From Thalia democratica (Eukaryota), in NCBI GenBank assembly GCA_965202585.1, contig OZ241834.1, positions 13,826,001 to 13,890,000 of the forward strand: a stretch of 64,000 nt of DNA, in the 5' to 3' direction. The position numbers were made by a program, and so were the translations under genes. How positions within the stretch are numbered: position 1 is the stretch's first letter; each line of letters starts with the position of its first letter. Positions 1-13,845 of this stretch are shown in pieces. The notes under the pieces are model-generated. The model was not told the DNA's origin, did no database searches, and saw nothing but the letters and a program-made list of their open reading frames with translations.

Positions 1-120
1 TTGTAAGAAGCATTGAACAGTCTACGCCACAATAAACTGATTCTACATTATAATTTTCACTCAACTGAGGAACCATAGTTGGTATATTACAAGTTTTATT
101 GTTATTCAGTCCTAACCTTC
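1..120 (-). CDS. NEK8: NEK8 exon 14 (RCC1 repeat; runs off the window)
   Basis: GRLGLNNNKTCNIPTMVPQLSENYNVESVYCGVDCSMLLT after an AG acceptor at 121-122. Confidence 0.88.
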
Positions 121-299
121 CTAAAATTGATTCAAAAGTACAACAATATATTTTTATAAGTTATAAGATTAAATTGTTTGTAAATAAATTTTAATAAAAT
201 AAAAATTTTAATACACATAAAACAAGATTTAACTGTAAAACTTTAAACTTCTTTATTAAACTCTAACTTATAAACTAACTTAAACTAATTAATATTAAA

Positions 300-1690
300 T
301 CAAATCAAAAACAACAAGAACACTTTAAGAAACACAGAAATTAGATACATCAATAGAAACTCCAATCATCCTAAAATCATTAAAAAGAACTTACCGGCAA
401 TGATAGAAAATAGACTGATTAAATTATCTAAAAACATGATATTTTTGAGCAAAATATATGCAACATACCGAAACGCTTTAGACAAATCATATTTTAATCA
501 TAAACTGACTTATAAGGAACATTTTGACAAACAGAAAAAGAAAAGAAACAGAACAAGAAAAATAATTTATTTCAATCCACCATTTTGCAAATCAGTAAAA
601 ACAAATATAGGAAAAATGTTTTTTGAATTAATCAACAAGCATTTTAATCAAAACAACAGTCTAAACAAGTTAATAAATAAAAACAACTGTAAGTTGGCGT
701 ATAGTTGTATGAGCAACATAAAAATGTTAATCCAAGGACACAACAATAAAACTTTAAATAATATATAAAAAACTGTAAATACTGACACAGAAGAGCCACT
801 ATGTAATTGTAGAAACAAGAACTTATGCCCGCTAAAAAACAAATGCCTAACCAAGAACGTTATCTATAAAGCTACGATTACGACAAAAAAAGAAATAAAG
901 CAATATGTAAGGAGCACGGAAGAAACTTTAAAACCAGGTGGTATAGCCATAATAGTGATATGAAAGTTCAGAAGGAAAACGGAACCGAACTGTCCAAATA
1001 TATTTGGAAGCTAAAACGCAATAACACTAACAACAACATTAAATGGGAAATTTTACACCACATCGGGAATATGAGGAAACCGCAGAGTATCTGCAGGACC
1101 TGCACCTATGAAAAGATGGAAATAGCGAACGCTGACGGGGAAACTTCTTTAAATAAAAGGAACGAATTAATATGTTCATGTGTACAATTTAAAAAGATTT
1201 ATTTTAAAACTTAACAACATTTTTGATAAATAATCACTATTTTAACTTGTACAAGCAAATATTTAAACCAATATATAATTACGTCACAACACAATAGTCA
1301 AACTTATTTAAACAAGTAAATTTAGCCTATTGCTTTAGTTGTAGATATGTTTTTTTTTTTAGTTGTTTACAAATTAAGTCTGCTAAATGTTAGTATACTT
1401 AATAAAATATTTATTTGTTTGAGTTTTAAGATTATATTATTAAAAAAAAATTAACCTAATAACATTATGATTTTCATATATTAGTAACTTTAAACTATAA
1501 GTTTTATTTAGATTTTATTCAGTTTTTTGCTTTATTTTTTAATTTTTAGTTTCTTTTATTTCAAGTTTAGCCTATTGTCTTCCTGCATGTTATTGTTAAA
1601 AATTTTACAGATTTTATTCAACTGATGATCTCATTTGACTAGTTTCAAGCGAGTGAAACATTGTATTGTTAATAAAATTTAAAATTGATC
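300..1690 (+). mobile_element. Penelope-like element, 5'-truncated and frameshifted (RT thumb, GIY-YIG, pLTR)
   Basis: FNPPFCKSVKTNIG, YSCM, CNC...C, NVIYKAT, ELSKYIWKLK, CRTC..EK; downstream pLTR with a hammerhead core. Confidence 0.88.
1612..1677 (+). ncRNA. Type I hammerhead ribozyme-like motif in Penelope pLTR
   Basis: CTGATGA, long stem II, GAAAC, minimal stem III with GTA; bulged stem I (TTTTATTCAA pairs with TTG..AATAAAA). Confidence 0.65.
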
Positions 1691-3004
1691 ATTCTCCTTA
1701 TATTTAAGTTGATAACTTTTATTGTCATCTTTAAAGTAAAAAGTACACAAAGTTAGACTTTTAATAGACTATATTTTGTTAAGATATGAAATAATTTTTG
1801 CATGTATTATTACCTATTTTAAGTTTTGAATTATTATAGTTATAGTTATTATATTAAGATTTTATTTTATTATCAAGTTAGATTCATCGTAAATTATATT
1901 CTCTATAGTGATATCTTAACTTTTTTTTTTCATTTCTCTATATACTTAGATATTTTTCAAATTTTATTTAACATTCTAAATTCAACCCTTATCTACCTTT
2001 TGCTTAACAAACATTTTTCAAAAAAAAGCTATTTTATTCTAAATCATAAGATAACTGTGGTAAAAACAGCAATAATGCTTTCAAAAATTTTTTTCAGTAT
2101 TTACCCCCCTTTCTTTCTTTTAAATATTATTACATTATATATTAACCATAGGAACAATGTGTTTAATATTAATAGCCAACTCTATAATATCTTACTTTAT
2201 AAAATTTTGATTTTTAAATCCATTTGATTTCAATACCTCACTTTATACTGCTGTTCAACTGTTTGTGTTAAGAGCTTATAATTTAATAACTTTTGTTTTA
2301 AAGGTTTTTTAGCATTAATATTTCTCTAAACTGTCTTTTTTTTAATTTTAGTTTTGTCAACAAAAAACTTCATGCACACAATTTTTTTTTTTTTTTTGTC
2401 ATTTTTACCACTATCATTTTTTTATAGATTTATACGCTTTGCGGTGAAATCCGCTTTAAAATCCGCTTTGCGTTGAAACACTGTAATTGTTTCTCTCTAA
2501 AATATTAAACTATTAATTTCTAATCTCTCCTGCGGATAGATTACTCTGTTCAATTTTGTTTCAATCTCAATACTTAAAGGTTTAATTTGACAAAATTTAC
2601 CATATTTGGGTTTATAAATAAATTATTGCTTAAATTATCATTGCAAAACACCGTAAACGAAAAAAAAACTTAAAATACTTATACACTCTGTTAAGCACCA
2701 GATGTTTTGAATTTACTTGGCAATTAGTTTTATTTTTTTTTACAAAATCTAGGATTTTAGGTTGGTCATGTGAGTGTCAGAAACCAATAATGATTTAAAA
2801 TCTTTATGTATTAATGGGTGCCTTTATTCATATTTTACTCGTAACTTAAGTAAAAATTTAAAAAGTATACGTTTGCAACGACACTTTTAAAGTTTTATAA
2901 AAACCTGCAAGTTTTCTGAATTGTAGATATTAAGTCTTATCAAAGAAAAAAAAATGCTTCTCAAAACCAAATTAGTATAACTTATAAAAAAAACAATAAC
3001 ACAC

Positions 3005-3122
3005 CGTTTTCACCTCTTCCCCAAGCAAAAACTTCTCCGTCAGTAGATACTGCCAGCATATGATATGATCCACTTGATATGTGTGACAATTCATAACCGA
3101 GTAATTTTTCAACTATCATTGG
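3005..3122 (-). CDS. NEK8: NEK8 exon 13 (RCC1 repeat)
   Basis: PMIVEKLLGYELSHISSGSYHMLAVSTDGEVFAWGRGEN. Confidence 0.92.
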
Positions 3123-3408
3123 CTAAATCGTTTTATTCATATTTTACATAAAATCATAAAGTACTTTGAGTAAAATTTGAAATATATTTCATACTATCAC
3201 TAATTTTTCCCCAATAGAATTAAAAAATTTCATGAATTAAAAAACCAATTAAAAAATGAATCAAGTTGGAGACACTAGAAAACAGTTTTCTTTCTCATGA
3301 TAATCCAGGTCACTTAAAAGATAATTTAGAAGCAAGAAGTTCAGCTGCATTGAAAATAACTGGTTCTCTGAAGTTTACAGTTTTCTTAAACTTCATAACT
3401 TAAGTAAT

Positions 3409-4631
3409 CAGGTTGGCCACTAGGTTTTTAGAAATTTCTACCACAGGGTTCGTGCGCGAAATTTTTTTCATTTAGCCTGACTGGGACCAATTTAGCCTGA
3501 CATTTTTTTAAAGTAAGAAAAATCTCTTTTAGAAGTCATTTTAGATATTGATGGGTCTTAATTAGTACTATCATAGTCTCCGAATTCAACTAGCTTTATC
3601 TCAAAAACATTTTGAGCTTTAAAAATCTGCAAAAAGCAACTCATAGCTTAGTTACAACTCAATAAAATAAGACTAAATTGTGAAAAAGGTGATTGACCCC
3701 CTATGCCCTTAACATAACAGATTCAGTGATAAGTTTTAAAATTAGTGTTATATCTATACTAGTGTAAAAATTAAATATACATTACTAAAGACAATTTTTC
3801 AATTTAATTAAGCACTAAGTAAAAACATTATAACCAGAAGATTTATATTAAAACAACGTGCATTGTCTTGTTTTATTAAAATTTAAAATGAAACGCTTAC
3901 ACGAGTATTGAAGTTCAAACAAACAGCTAAGTTGTTGAACTAAACTTTAATGTTTAAACTGTGTTTTTTTTTATGTATTTTCATAATTATGACGTATATA
4001 ATCTACTCAAAACAAAACGATGAAGATTCATAATAAATTTTTAGAAATTCAACAAAAGTTTTAAGCATTTATTTTTACAAATACTGACTGATTTTGTCTT
4101 AAATAACTAAATCATTATTTAGAAATAAATTCACATCTTTCTCAATTCTTTTTAATAAAAAAGTGTGAAGCATTTGAACTGAGAAAAACTGAGATTCTCA
4201 AATTTTTAAATAAAAAAACTGATTTAGCCTGACGTTTTTCAACTTTTTTCAAAAAAACTGATTTAGCCTGACTTAGCCTGACGCGCACGAACCCTGCTAC
4301 CAGGTTCTTAAACGTACACATTTTTGGTCTATTTCTATATTGAAATAAAGGTTAAGGTAAAAAACTGTCATAAATAGTATAACAACATTGAAAATACACT
4401 GTTAAAGTATCTTAAATGTGGTTTTCATGAAAAAAAATTGATGATGACAAAAAATTACCAGCTATATGATAGATTTCTCGTTTCAATCGAAATTTTACTA
4501 CTTTACATATAAAAATTGTTTAAATCCTGGTCTTCCAGATTTTTTTCAAGATTTTTCAAATTTTAGGTCTTTTTAGCCTCCCTTGTCAATTTTCAGGTTT
4601 TTCCAGGATTCCAGGTTTAGTGGCCACCCTG
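3409..4631. mobile_element. CAGG-ended MITE (hAT-like) with 6-bp TSD AGTAAT, hosting a nested MITE
   Basis: TIRs CAGGTTGGCCAC / GTGGCCACCCTG; AGTAAT on both sides. Confidence 0.8.
3444..4296. mobile_element. Nested MITE, TIR CAGGGTTCGTGCGCG, 6-bp TSD CTACCA
   Basis: 15-bp perfect TIR; TTAGCCTGAC subterminal repeats; near-identical to 12980-13845. Confidence 0.92.
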
Positions 4632-5039
4632 AGTAATATTTGTGAAAGATTATTTGATAAAATTTATGAGAGAGTAAACCTTTTTTTTATGTACGTTTAA
4701 GAATGATCTTGTACACCAACCCGACCCTTAAGACCATTTACTAGGGCAATTCGTCCTCGAAATAAAAAAGTGTTTGTTTTTATGATTGGTAATTATAGTG
4801 TATTCATAAGTTAACTAACTAATTTTGATGAGGCAGTCTTTTTATGAAAGGATAGAAGTTTTTAATGTCAAAGTTAATAAAACAATAATGTAACTGGTCT
4901 TTAATAGTATCTTACCACCTTATAACTTCGCCTGTGTTCATTCATTGAGTTAACTTTTAATTTTGAACTTTTTCAGCAGCATGATTTTTAGCTTTAACCA
5001 ATTACGAATAATAAATCAAATAATAATAAAAACTTTAAT

Positions 5040-5350
5040 AAAGATAGCGCTAGTATTGAAGCTGCTACTGACAGAGGCAAACTAAAAGTTTATGAAAGAA
5101 TCAGAAAAGTAGTTGAAAACACAAAAAAGTTTACACCACCTTTGCATTCTGAAACTGGAGAAATCTTAAACGGTAGAAATTCACAGTTTGTGATATGGGT
5201 GTAAGTCTTTTTTCTTCTTTTTTAAACAAAACATTGTTACTAATGCACTTAATCACATGAATATCCTGTCAACGATGGATGACCAAAATTTCGAATCAAC
5301 TATGGAAGAAATTAGTTAAGCCTTTACTGAGATGCAGTCACGGAGCTTGG
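5040..5350 (+). mobile_element. Degraded RTE LINE fragment (pre-RT region)
   Basis: IEAATDRGKLKVYERIRK...PPLHSETGEIL resembles the RTE EN-RT linker. Confidence 0.55.
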
Positions 5351-6459
5351 TATGTTTCTTCAAATCTGCAGAAACGTATACACCTTTGCGAAAAAAACGC
5401 GCTTTTGTTTTAATTCTTAAGCTTAAAATGACCCTGCTTTCTTAACTTTTAGTTTTTTTTTCTACTTAGTTTTGGCCTTCTATAGATAATTTTCAAATAT
5501 AAACACTCTTTAGCACTTGTAATGTCTAAAAAATTTATTAAATTATATATATTTAACTCAGCTCAGATTCTCTTTATCAAAAAGGAATGCAATGTAAAAA
5601 AAATCTTTTTAAAAGCTACAGATTTTCAAATGTGAAATAATGCAAATTAAAATCAAAATTCATTTGAAAATGCTTTGTTAAAAATTCACTACAACACGAC
5701 AACAATAAGACAGGTAATGACAAGTTGAAATCGAGCAGGAGCAACTTGAGCTAAGACAACTTAAGATGGGGCAACTTGAGCAGGGGAAAATCAGCAGGCA
5801 TAGAATAGTTTTAGTTTAAAAAATTAGTTATAACTATTAAGAAACGTAATTTTTCAATTGAAGTTTTTTTATAGTTTCTTTAAATTTTTAGAAAACAATT
5901 ATTTGGCTACATTGACAAATTGATGTAGTTGTAATATAAAAAGGTCTTAAATTAATTCAAAACAAAAGTTTTCAGTTAGGATTTTTTTTATTCTCCGCAG
6001 CTTTTAACAAAAATACCACGCGATACCACTGGTGTGTAGCAACGTAAACTGCCTTGTATACAATTATTTCTCATACATCAATATTATTTTGAATATTTCC
6101 ACAAAACTCCGAAAGTTGTACAGTTAACAACATTACTGTTTTCGAATTAAATTGTGATTTTCTTATACTTATTTTCAATGAGAGTATTGTCGGTTTACGC
6201 AAGTAGGAACACATAAAGAATCATATGGGATGTGGAGCAACATAAATTGTCTTGTATACAGTTATCACTCATACTTCATAATTACATTCATTTTTGAAGT
6301 ATTAACATAACTGCATACTTTCATATCAAATTAAATAACATTAGAGGTAGTTTAAATTGCTCTGTACCCGCTACGTCGTCATTACGCGTCGTCCCTGATT
6401 TTTTTGTTATTTTGCAGATTCGAAACTTTTTACAGCTAGCTACGTCCTGCTGAGATGAC

Positions 6460-7070
6460 TCCATGGGAAGCACAAAGCTTAGACAGCACATCAGTCATTC
6501 GTCATTTTCAGCCCTGCTAATGAATGCTTTAAGCCCATGACATTTAAGTAAAATGTTGGACGGAAGGTATTGTGCGGCAAGACATGCTTGATTTTAAGAC
6601 TGGAAATATATAAAATGATGGCTCTACATCGGATTGCAAAAGCCACAAAGAGCTTCTGTTCTTGGAGTTGCTGGTGAAAATTCTGCACGTGTAGTTCTTT
6701 TTCGAGTTCAGAAGCTGGGTGAAAGAGTATATGCCGAGTCGTAATGTGGGTTTAGATTTAACTATTATCTACATAAGCATGTAGATCCACTTATATATTT
6801 TTCTCTGTACAACAGCTGCAAGAGAAATGCAATGAAAAGAACGTGCTTTTGTATATTACTCTTATTTACCTCACTAAAGCTTTAGATTTAGGAAGTAGGT
6901 TAATACTCTTTGCAATTATTTTAGCTCACTTGAATGTTGTAAAGTCTTTCCACACCCACACAAAAGCATTTATCCAATATATAGTATCTGATTCATTTGA
7001 AATCAAAAATGAGCTAAATGAGCGTATTTGATCCCAAATCTTTTTGGAATTTTATTTTCATTGCTAATAA
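6460..7070 (+). mobile_element. Degraded RTE LINE RT fragment
   Basis: CWTEGIVRQDM, RVVLFRVQKLGERVYAES*CGFR, QQLQEKC..YITLIYLTKALD, SDSFEIK. Confidence 0.75.
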
Positions 7071-7672
7071 AAAACTAATTTTTTAAATACCTAATTTTTT
7101 TTTCCATCAATATTGTGCTGCATCACTGTGTTTGTATTCCTTTTAGTGTTATGTACATAGTTAATTTTTTAGCACAATATGCTTAGCTGATAGATGGACA
7201 TTTAATAATAAAATTATTAATGTGATTATTGTTATTATTGTAAATGTGCTATTTAAAAAAATAGTACTGATAAAAGTTAACAAAAAAACAAGTTTTAAAA
7301 TCTATTATATAATTATTGAACTACCGGATCCAGGCCATTTTTTGTTTGGATCCAAATCCAGCCGGATCCTAATAAAAAAAATCGAATCCAGATCTTTATA
7401 TATATTTTTTAATTCATATTAATATATATTAAATGAGTCAAGCGAAACAGACTTATTAAAGTTTAGTTAATTCAACCATTTTTTTTGAAACATACAGGTA
7501 CATACACTTATTAGAGTAAAAATAGTGAATGTTTACTTAAAAGTTTCTTGCAGATTAGATTCTTCTATTAACTCTAAAAATTTAGATCTATTTATAAAGT
7601 TAAAATATTTTTTTTTTGTAAAACATTTTTAAATTTTAATGTATTCAATTTGTTAAAAGTTTTAATTAACTA

Positions 7673-8479
7673 CAGTAACCTCTCGCTTATTTACGCACCT
7701 TGTGTCCACAGAAAAAGTTCGTAAAGATATGAGAGATTGTAAAGATACGAGAGATACCAAATATACTTACTATAATGGCTGTTTTTTGATATTGCTTTTA
7801 GTTAAAAACAGACTGGGGTTTCCCACTTTTAACAGTTTGTTTACTTTATTTATGAATATGAAAACAAATGATAAAACTGTAAATTTAAAAAAATGTACTT
7901 AAATTATTTAAAATAATAATACTTGTAGAAAAATTTTACTAATTTTTATAAAAAGTAGATATTATCTTTATTTAGATGTGACTTATTTGATACTTAACAT
8001 TTATATTATATCCTACTTAGCAAATTAAATTTATAATTAAGTATTTAGTTACAATTAAGAAATAATGTTGTGTCTATATTAAACTCTGTGTTGCTCTATT
8101 TATATATAGGGCAAGAGTGTTGTGTTATTTATTTGTGCTTTATACTCTCGTTATTTCATTACACTTTCATTATTTAACACAGTCATTATTCTTTGAGAAT
8201 TTTAGTTTAATCTCTTATTGTTAACATAATTACTGATATACTGAGGTATATCTAGATGTTTATCAAATAACCCAGGAACATAAGTTTACAAAGTCTAAAG
8301 ATATAGAGCTGAAATAGCATTTTTAAAAATACTTTAAAATATAAGAATAAAATAAACCTAATTTGTGCACTATTAAAATAAACTAAAATTTTAATTTTTA
8401 GAATTATTAGAATTCTAAAATGCGTAACTAAACGAGAGTGCGTAACGTCATGAGTGCGTAAAGATGCGAGAGGTTACTG
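7673..8479. mobile_element. pogo/Tigger-like MITE, TA TSD
   Basis: TA|CAGTAACCTCTCGC ... GCGAGAGGTTACTG|TA. Confidence 0.88.
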
Positions 8480-8546
8480 TATTTTATTCTCACTTAGTTA
8501 TATCAAATAATGTAAAAACTCTACAAACACAGCTCTTTTAATACTT

Positions 8547-8719
8547 GGTTACTTTAACTTTAAGAGGCAGCAATTGTTTAACAAATGTTTTAATTTTAAA
8601 AAATAAGTTATTTCTTAGTCCTGGTTTAGATGAAAAATAGTATATAGTAGTATAAATTATTTCTGTGAAAAGTTTAAAATTTTGTTGAACAATTGCTGCC
8701 TCTTGAAGTTATAGTAACC
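8547..8719. repeat. Short TIR element (MITE) with about 38-bp arms
   Basis: GGTTACTTTAACTTTAAGAGGCAGCAATTG is inverted at the right end; TSD not clear. Confidence 0.65.
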
Positions 8720-10072
8720 TATTATTTTAAACACTTTATTCTATGAATATAAACATTAAGTATTTTCTTAAGGATAGTTTTTAAATTAAACAACAATGGC
8801 AGTCACAAACTCAGTAGACTAAGTACACTCAGGATAACTCTGGATGTCTTTTTAATTTCTTAAATATTTTAAATAACTCAAGACACTAATGCCTAGTTGA
8901 ACATTTTTTTAAATTACTTATGCTAACTAAGTTTTTATTGTAAAAAAACTCTGCGTAGTTTTAAGATTTCTTTAAACTTCAAAACTGCTTTTTTTAAATA
9001 CTAAATGAGAATAAAATGAACCAGTAACAATACTTTGTTATTACTTATTTTGTTTTATATAAATAAATTTATTGAAATACTTGAATATAAAAGTTTATTT
9101 AATTACTTTTATCCCTTTAGCTATCTCTTATTACACTTTGACAAATTACCACAAAATAAGTTTAATAAACATCAAACTTGGCAGAATTTGAATTTTTTGT
9201 TATTTTTAAATGAAAAATGTTTATAAGGTATAAATATCTAGAAAAAGGAATACTTTTTAGGATATTAAAAAATCAGGATCTTGGTCAAAGTAGTCAAGTT
9301 CCGCCTAATAAACTTAAAGCTCAACAACCTAAAAATGATGTTCCCTAATTTTTTAGTCTTAATATTCTACAATTAAATCGGAAACAAGTGCAAACTTTCA
9401 CGAATGTGAGCAACAAAATTCTGTTGATCAAGAGATTAAGACAGAAAGTTCTTTTGACTGAAGAAAAGTTATCTGCTGAAGAATTTAAAGAAGCTAAAGT
9501 CTTATATTGGTGTAACTCGAGCAAAAAAAAAACACAAATCTTGCCAGGTTTGCAAGAAGGTATCTTTTGGCACCACCATCTTCTGCTTTTTCTGAAAGGT
9601 TATTTTCAGAAGTTAGTAACTTGTACGAACATAAGCGAAATCGATTGCTTCCAAATACCGGCTTAAAACTTTTATTTTCTTACCACAACTTTAAAAAAAT
9701 AATTTTGTAGCTTAGCGGCGTTGGGGAAACGCTCAATTCCAACCCGAATCATTTTCACCCGAATCAAATCCAACCCGATCGATTCTAACCCAAACAATTC
9801 CCTTAAAATCAATTTTGCACGCCACTTTTAAACAGCATCACTTTATCACGGACAGTTATTTTTGCATACTGACAGTTTTGCATAGGTGCCACTTTTCCAT
9901 AAATTATGACTTTTATATGACTGCTCTTGCAAAAGCGTGCTGTTTGCATGGCATCATTTTTTACTGGACTTTGCACCAGTCGTAACTTTTACAGGGTTAA
10001 CTTTTTTTTAATTTGATAAAACTAAGTTGTTAAAAGTATTACAATTATTACAAATAAAATTAAAAACCATAC

Positions 10073-10187
10073 TTTATCAACATCTTGAAAACTTCCATGT
10101 CCTAGACATCCGTTACTTCCACTACCAAACGTCATCAAGATACCTCGATCAGTGAGACACGCAGTATGTAGGTCACCACAAGCAACT
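10073..10187 (-). CDS. NEK8: NEK8 exon 12 (RCC1 repeat)
   Basis: VACGDLHTACLTDRGILMTFGSGSNGCLGHGSFQDVDK. Confidence 0.93.
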
Positions 10188-11636
10188 CTGAAAAGAAACA
10201 TAAACAGCAAATTTATTGTATAGTACTAGTACTACTAATTGCAGTGCTTGAAAAAATATTTGAAACTTTTCAAAAAAACTTTGAAAGTTGGCTCTTAAAT
10301 AGTAGCAAGAATTAATTGTTATTAAAAATTCTAGCGTGGACAAAACTATCTATACTATTAAACAAATTATTAATAAGTTAAAGGCGATATACACATATAT
10401 TTTTAATAGAAAACAAACTATGTACTTGAAGTTTAAAAACTGGATAGTAAATACTAGTGATAAGCAGAGACCTTGGTGTTTGGGTCACCAACCGATAAGA
10501 CTTCACAAAACAAGAAAAGCATTTTACGAAACGTTACTAAATAAAAAAAAATACAGCTAGCTTATTCAACATTGTATCTTAATAATCATAAATTAGTAAA
10601 CAAATAGGCATAATTTAAATGTTAACACAATTTTAGAATTAATTTAGTATAGTTTTATAAATTTAGGTTCTTTTGTTATCCTTAAAATGTTTTAAGACAA
10701 GCAAAAAATACATTTGTCAGTTTAATCAAATTTGAAACTTCCGATACTATTACTATTTTACTTAGTAAAAAAATAACCCTTTCTTATCAAGCTTACAAAC
10801 AAATGCTTTAAAAATAAGAGCTAATGTTAAAAATTGAAATTTTTGTTTTGCACAACAACTTTATAAAAATCAATGTAAGTCTATAACTAAGTCTGAGGGC
10901 AGAAATTCTTACTCAGAATATAATTTGGTTTTTGAAAGGTTTTGATTTGTAAACCGTAGTTTTCCGTCTCGGTGGCTCATGAATTTTGTGGAAATTCATA
11001 AAAAATTAATTTGATATACAGTGTAAGAAATCTATGTAATTACTGCGTAACTTGACTTTAACTTAATTCTGATTTTTAAAATAAAAAGTATATATGATTC
11101 ATAATTACAACTAAAAATCTTGAACACTAATTAGTTAGACAGCAATCTTATTAAACCTACTATCTATTAAACATGCTTTCAACCAGCACTTGTTTAACAA
11201 TAAACAAAAAATAAACTTATTAAACCAAGGTAACTGTTAAAAACTAAAATACTTAGCTAATACAGATTTAGCAGAGAAATCAATTTGATTGAAAATTAGA
11301 AGTAAATATTGTTTTTTATTTATCTTAGTAGTTACCAATTTCACTGCTAAACATGTTTTCAAACTATGTAAAAAGCTGTGATAAAACAACCAAATGACAT
11401 ATATCCAAAAACAAATACAAATTTAAGTAATTACAAAGTTAATCTTAATGCTATTTGCAAAGAACATATGATAACTATTATAAAAAAATAAGTTGTGATG
11501 GAATTTCAAAAATTTTACATAAACAAAACATTATTAAAAGATGTTAGCTGCATTTTGAATTTTAATTAAACTTATAATAAATTTTATTTTAACATTCTTA
11601 ATCGATAAATTTTTGTTCGAAATATACAAAACTGAC

Positions 11637-11740
11637 TGCTTTATGGTAACAGCAGATTGTCCTTCTAAAAATCTAGGAATATACGAAGTTACATTATGTG
11701 AATCTCCTAGTGCTCCAGGAGGACTAGTGTTTGATGATGA
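11637..11740 (-). CDS. NEK8: NEK8 exon 11
   Basis: ...SYIPRFLEGQSAVTIK contains the NEK8-typical RFLEGQS motif. Confidence 0.9.
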
Positions 11741-11999
11741 CTAAAATTAATTTATTCTGTTAAATTGTTTTAAAAACTTTATTGATAAATGTGTTCACAA
11801 TTTTAAACTGGTAAAAATTATGGCATAAAAAATCCCTTTACTCAATTTTAATCTGTTATATTTTATAGCGAATTTATGTAGGAAAAATTTGAATTTAAAC
11901 ATAGTAAATATGATTAAAATTAATTAGTTGCATTTTTTTAACAACGAACTACATATTATTTATATCTATTTTTAATTAAAAAATGTTTAAATTACCAAC

Positions 12000-12071
12000 T
12001 TCCCAAATAAGTAAACGTCCGTTTTCAGTAACACAAGCTTTCTTAGTTCGGCTTATTGTTGCCTGCACAAC
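12000..12071 (-). CDS. NEK8: NEK8 exon 10
   Basis: VVQATISRTKKACVTENGRLLIWE, similar to NEK8 VVQVAAGRTQKAGVTRSGRLILWE. Confidence 0.88.
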
Positions 12072-12291
12072 CTATAGAATAAACTATTGCAGTAAAATAG
12101 ATAAAACAGATCATGCACACTATGAAACAAGCATATAGTGTTATAAAAATTTAAATTTACACTTACACTTAAAACTAAACAACTTTAAAAGACTATAATG
12201 TTAAAAACTAAACACTAGAATAAGTCATACTACTTATTCTAGCTGAATGTTTAATACTAAAATGTTACATAAATACAAAAAACAAACGTAC

Positions 12292-12384
12292 ACGGGTATC
12301 AGAATTCGGTAAAGGTAGTAGAATAGGTTGGGCATTACCAGCACCCCAAAAATTTACCGAGTAGTTTAACAGTTTTCTGCTTTG
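12292..12384 (-). CDS. NEK8: NEK8 exon 9 (start of RCC1 region)
   Basis: QSRKLLNYSVNFWGAGNAQPILLPLPNSDTR, similar to NEK8 SSVYAWGGG..PLRLP. Confidence 0.8.
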
Positions 12385-12699
12385 CTGTCGGTAAATAAAG
12401 ATTTTTATATAACTAATTGAAAACATTATTACTCTGAGATTAGCAAATATTCTAAGTTAGCTATTACTCATTATATAGTTTGTAATAAAAATGTCCAATT
12501 CAGTAGTTTAAACTTGTATGTAAGAAGCTTATTAAAAGCATGTCCTAATGTAGCATCTTCAGTTTTTTTAAGAAGTTTTTTTAACTTGTTTATAACCTAA
12601 AAAATAATCTTTATCCGAGGGTAAAATGCATCGGTCCAAAAAACATGTCTAAATAGTTAAGTAAAACATTAATGTGTGTTTCAATTCAATAAATATTAC

Positions 12700-12796
12700 T
12701 TGGTTTGTAGTAAGACTTTCAACACTTAATGCTGGTGAAGTATGTAAATTTGACCGCTTTGGTTGCAATTTTCCATCGGGGTTTACTTTTGGGTTT
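12700..12796 (-). CDS. NEK8: NEK8 exon 8 (linker)
   Basis: Open AG..GT exon with the required phase 2 to 0: NPKVNPDGKLQPKRSNLHTSPALSVESLTTNQ; poorly conserved sequence. Confidence 0.7.
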
Positions 12797-12979
12797 CTGT
12801 TTAATTTTTATTAAACAAGGAAATCTTCAACTAATTTGTATCAAAAGTACTTATTGATAAAGCAGTAAACAACTAAAACTCTATATTAAAATTTTAGATC
12901 AAAATACTAGATTGGTAAAACAAATTAAAATGAATGGCAATTTTTTCGTAGTTTAATTCTATTTTAAATACTTTATAAA

Positions 12980-13845
12980 CAGGGTTCGTGCGCGAAATTT
13001 TTTTCATTTAGCCTGACTGGGAACAATTTAGCCTGACATTTTTTTAAAGTAAGAAAAAAAATCTCTTTTAGAAGTCATTTTAGATATTGATGGGTCTTAA
13101 TTAGTACTATCATAGTCTCCGAATTCAACTAGCTTTATCTCAAAAACATTTTGAGCTTTAAAAATCTGCAAAAAGCAACTCATAGCTTAGTTACAACTCA
13201 ATAAAATAATACTAAATTGCGAAAAAGGTGATTGACCCCTTATGCCCTTAACATAACAGATTCAGTGATAAGTTTTAAAATTAGTGTTATATCTATACTA
13301 GTGTAAAAATTAAATATACATTACTAAAGACAATTTTTCAATTTAATTAAGCACTAAGTAAAAACATTATAACCAGAAGATTTATATTAAAACAACGTGC
13401 ATTGTCTTGTTTTATTAAAATTTAAAATGAAACGCTTACACGAGTATTGAAGTTCAAACAAACAGCTAAGTTGTTGAACTAAACTTTAATGTTTAAACTG
13501 TGTTTTTTTTATGTATTTTCATAATTATGACGTATATAATCTACTCAAAACAAAACGATGAAGATTCATAATAAATTTTTAGAGATTCAACAAAAGGTTT
13601 TAAGCATTTATTTTTACAAATACTGACTGATTTTGTCTTAAATAACTAAATCATTATTTAGAAATAAATTCACATCTTTCTCAATTCTTTTTAATCAAAA
13701 AGTGTGAAGCATTTGAACTGAGAAAAACTGAGATTCTCAAATTTTTAAATAAAAAAACTGATTTAGCCTGACGTTTTTTAACTTTTTTCAAAAAAACTGA
13801 TTTAGCCTGACTTAGTCTGATTTAGCCTGACGCGCACGAACCCTG
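12980..13845. mobile_element. Second copy of the CAGGGTTCGTGCGCG MITE, 6-bp TSD TATAAA
   Basis: Near-identical to 3444-4296; different TSD, so an independent insertion. Confidence 0.92.

Noticed and set aside
1826-2227. 133-aa hydrophobic ORF
   Set aside because: TTG start, AT-rich low complexity, lies in a NEK8 intron; at most a decayed LINE on the other strand.
9230-9666. Possible Bel/Pao pol relic (LSAEEFKEAKVLYW)
   Set aside because: The resemblance is limited to a few residues; no catalytic motif.
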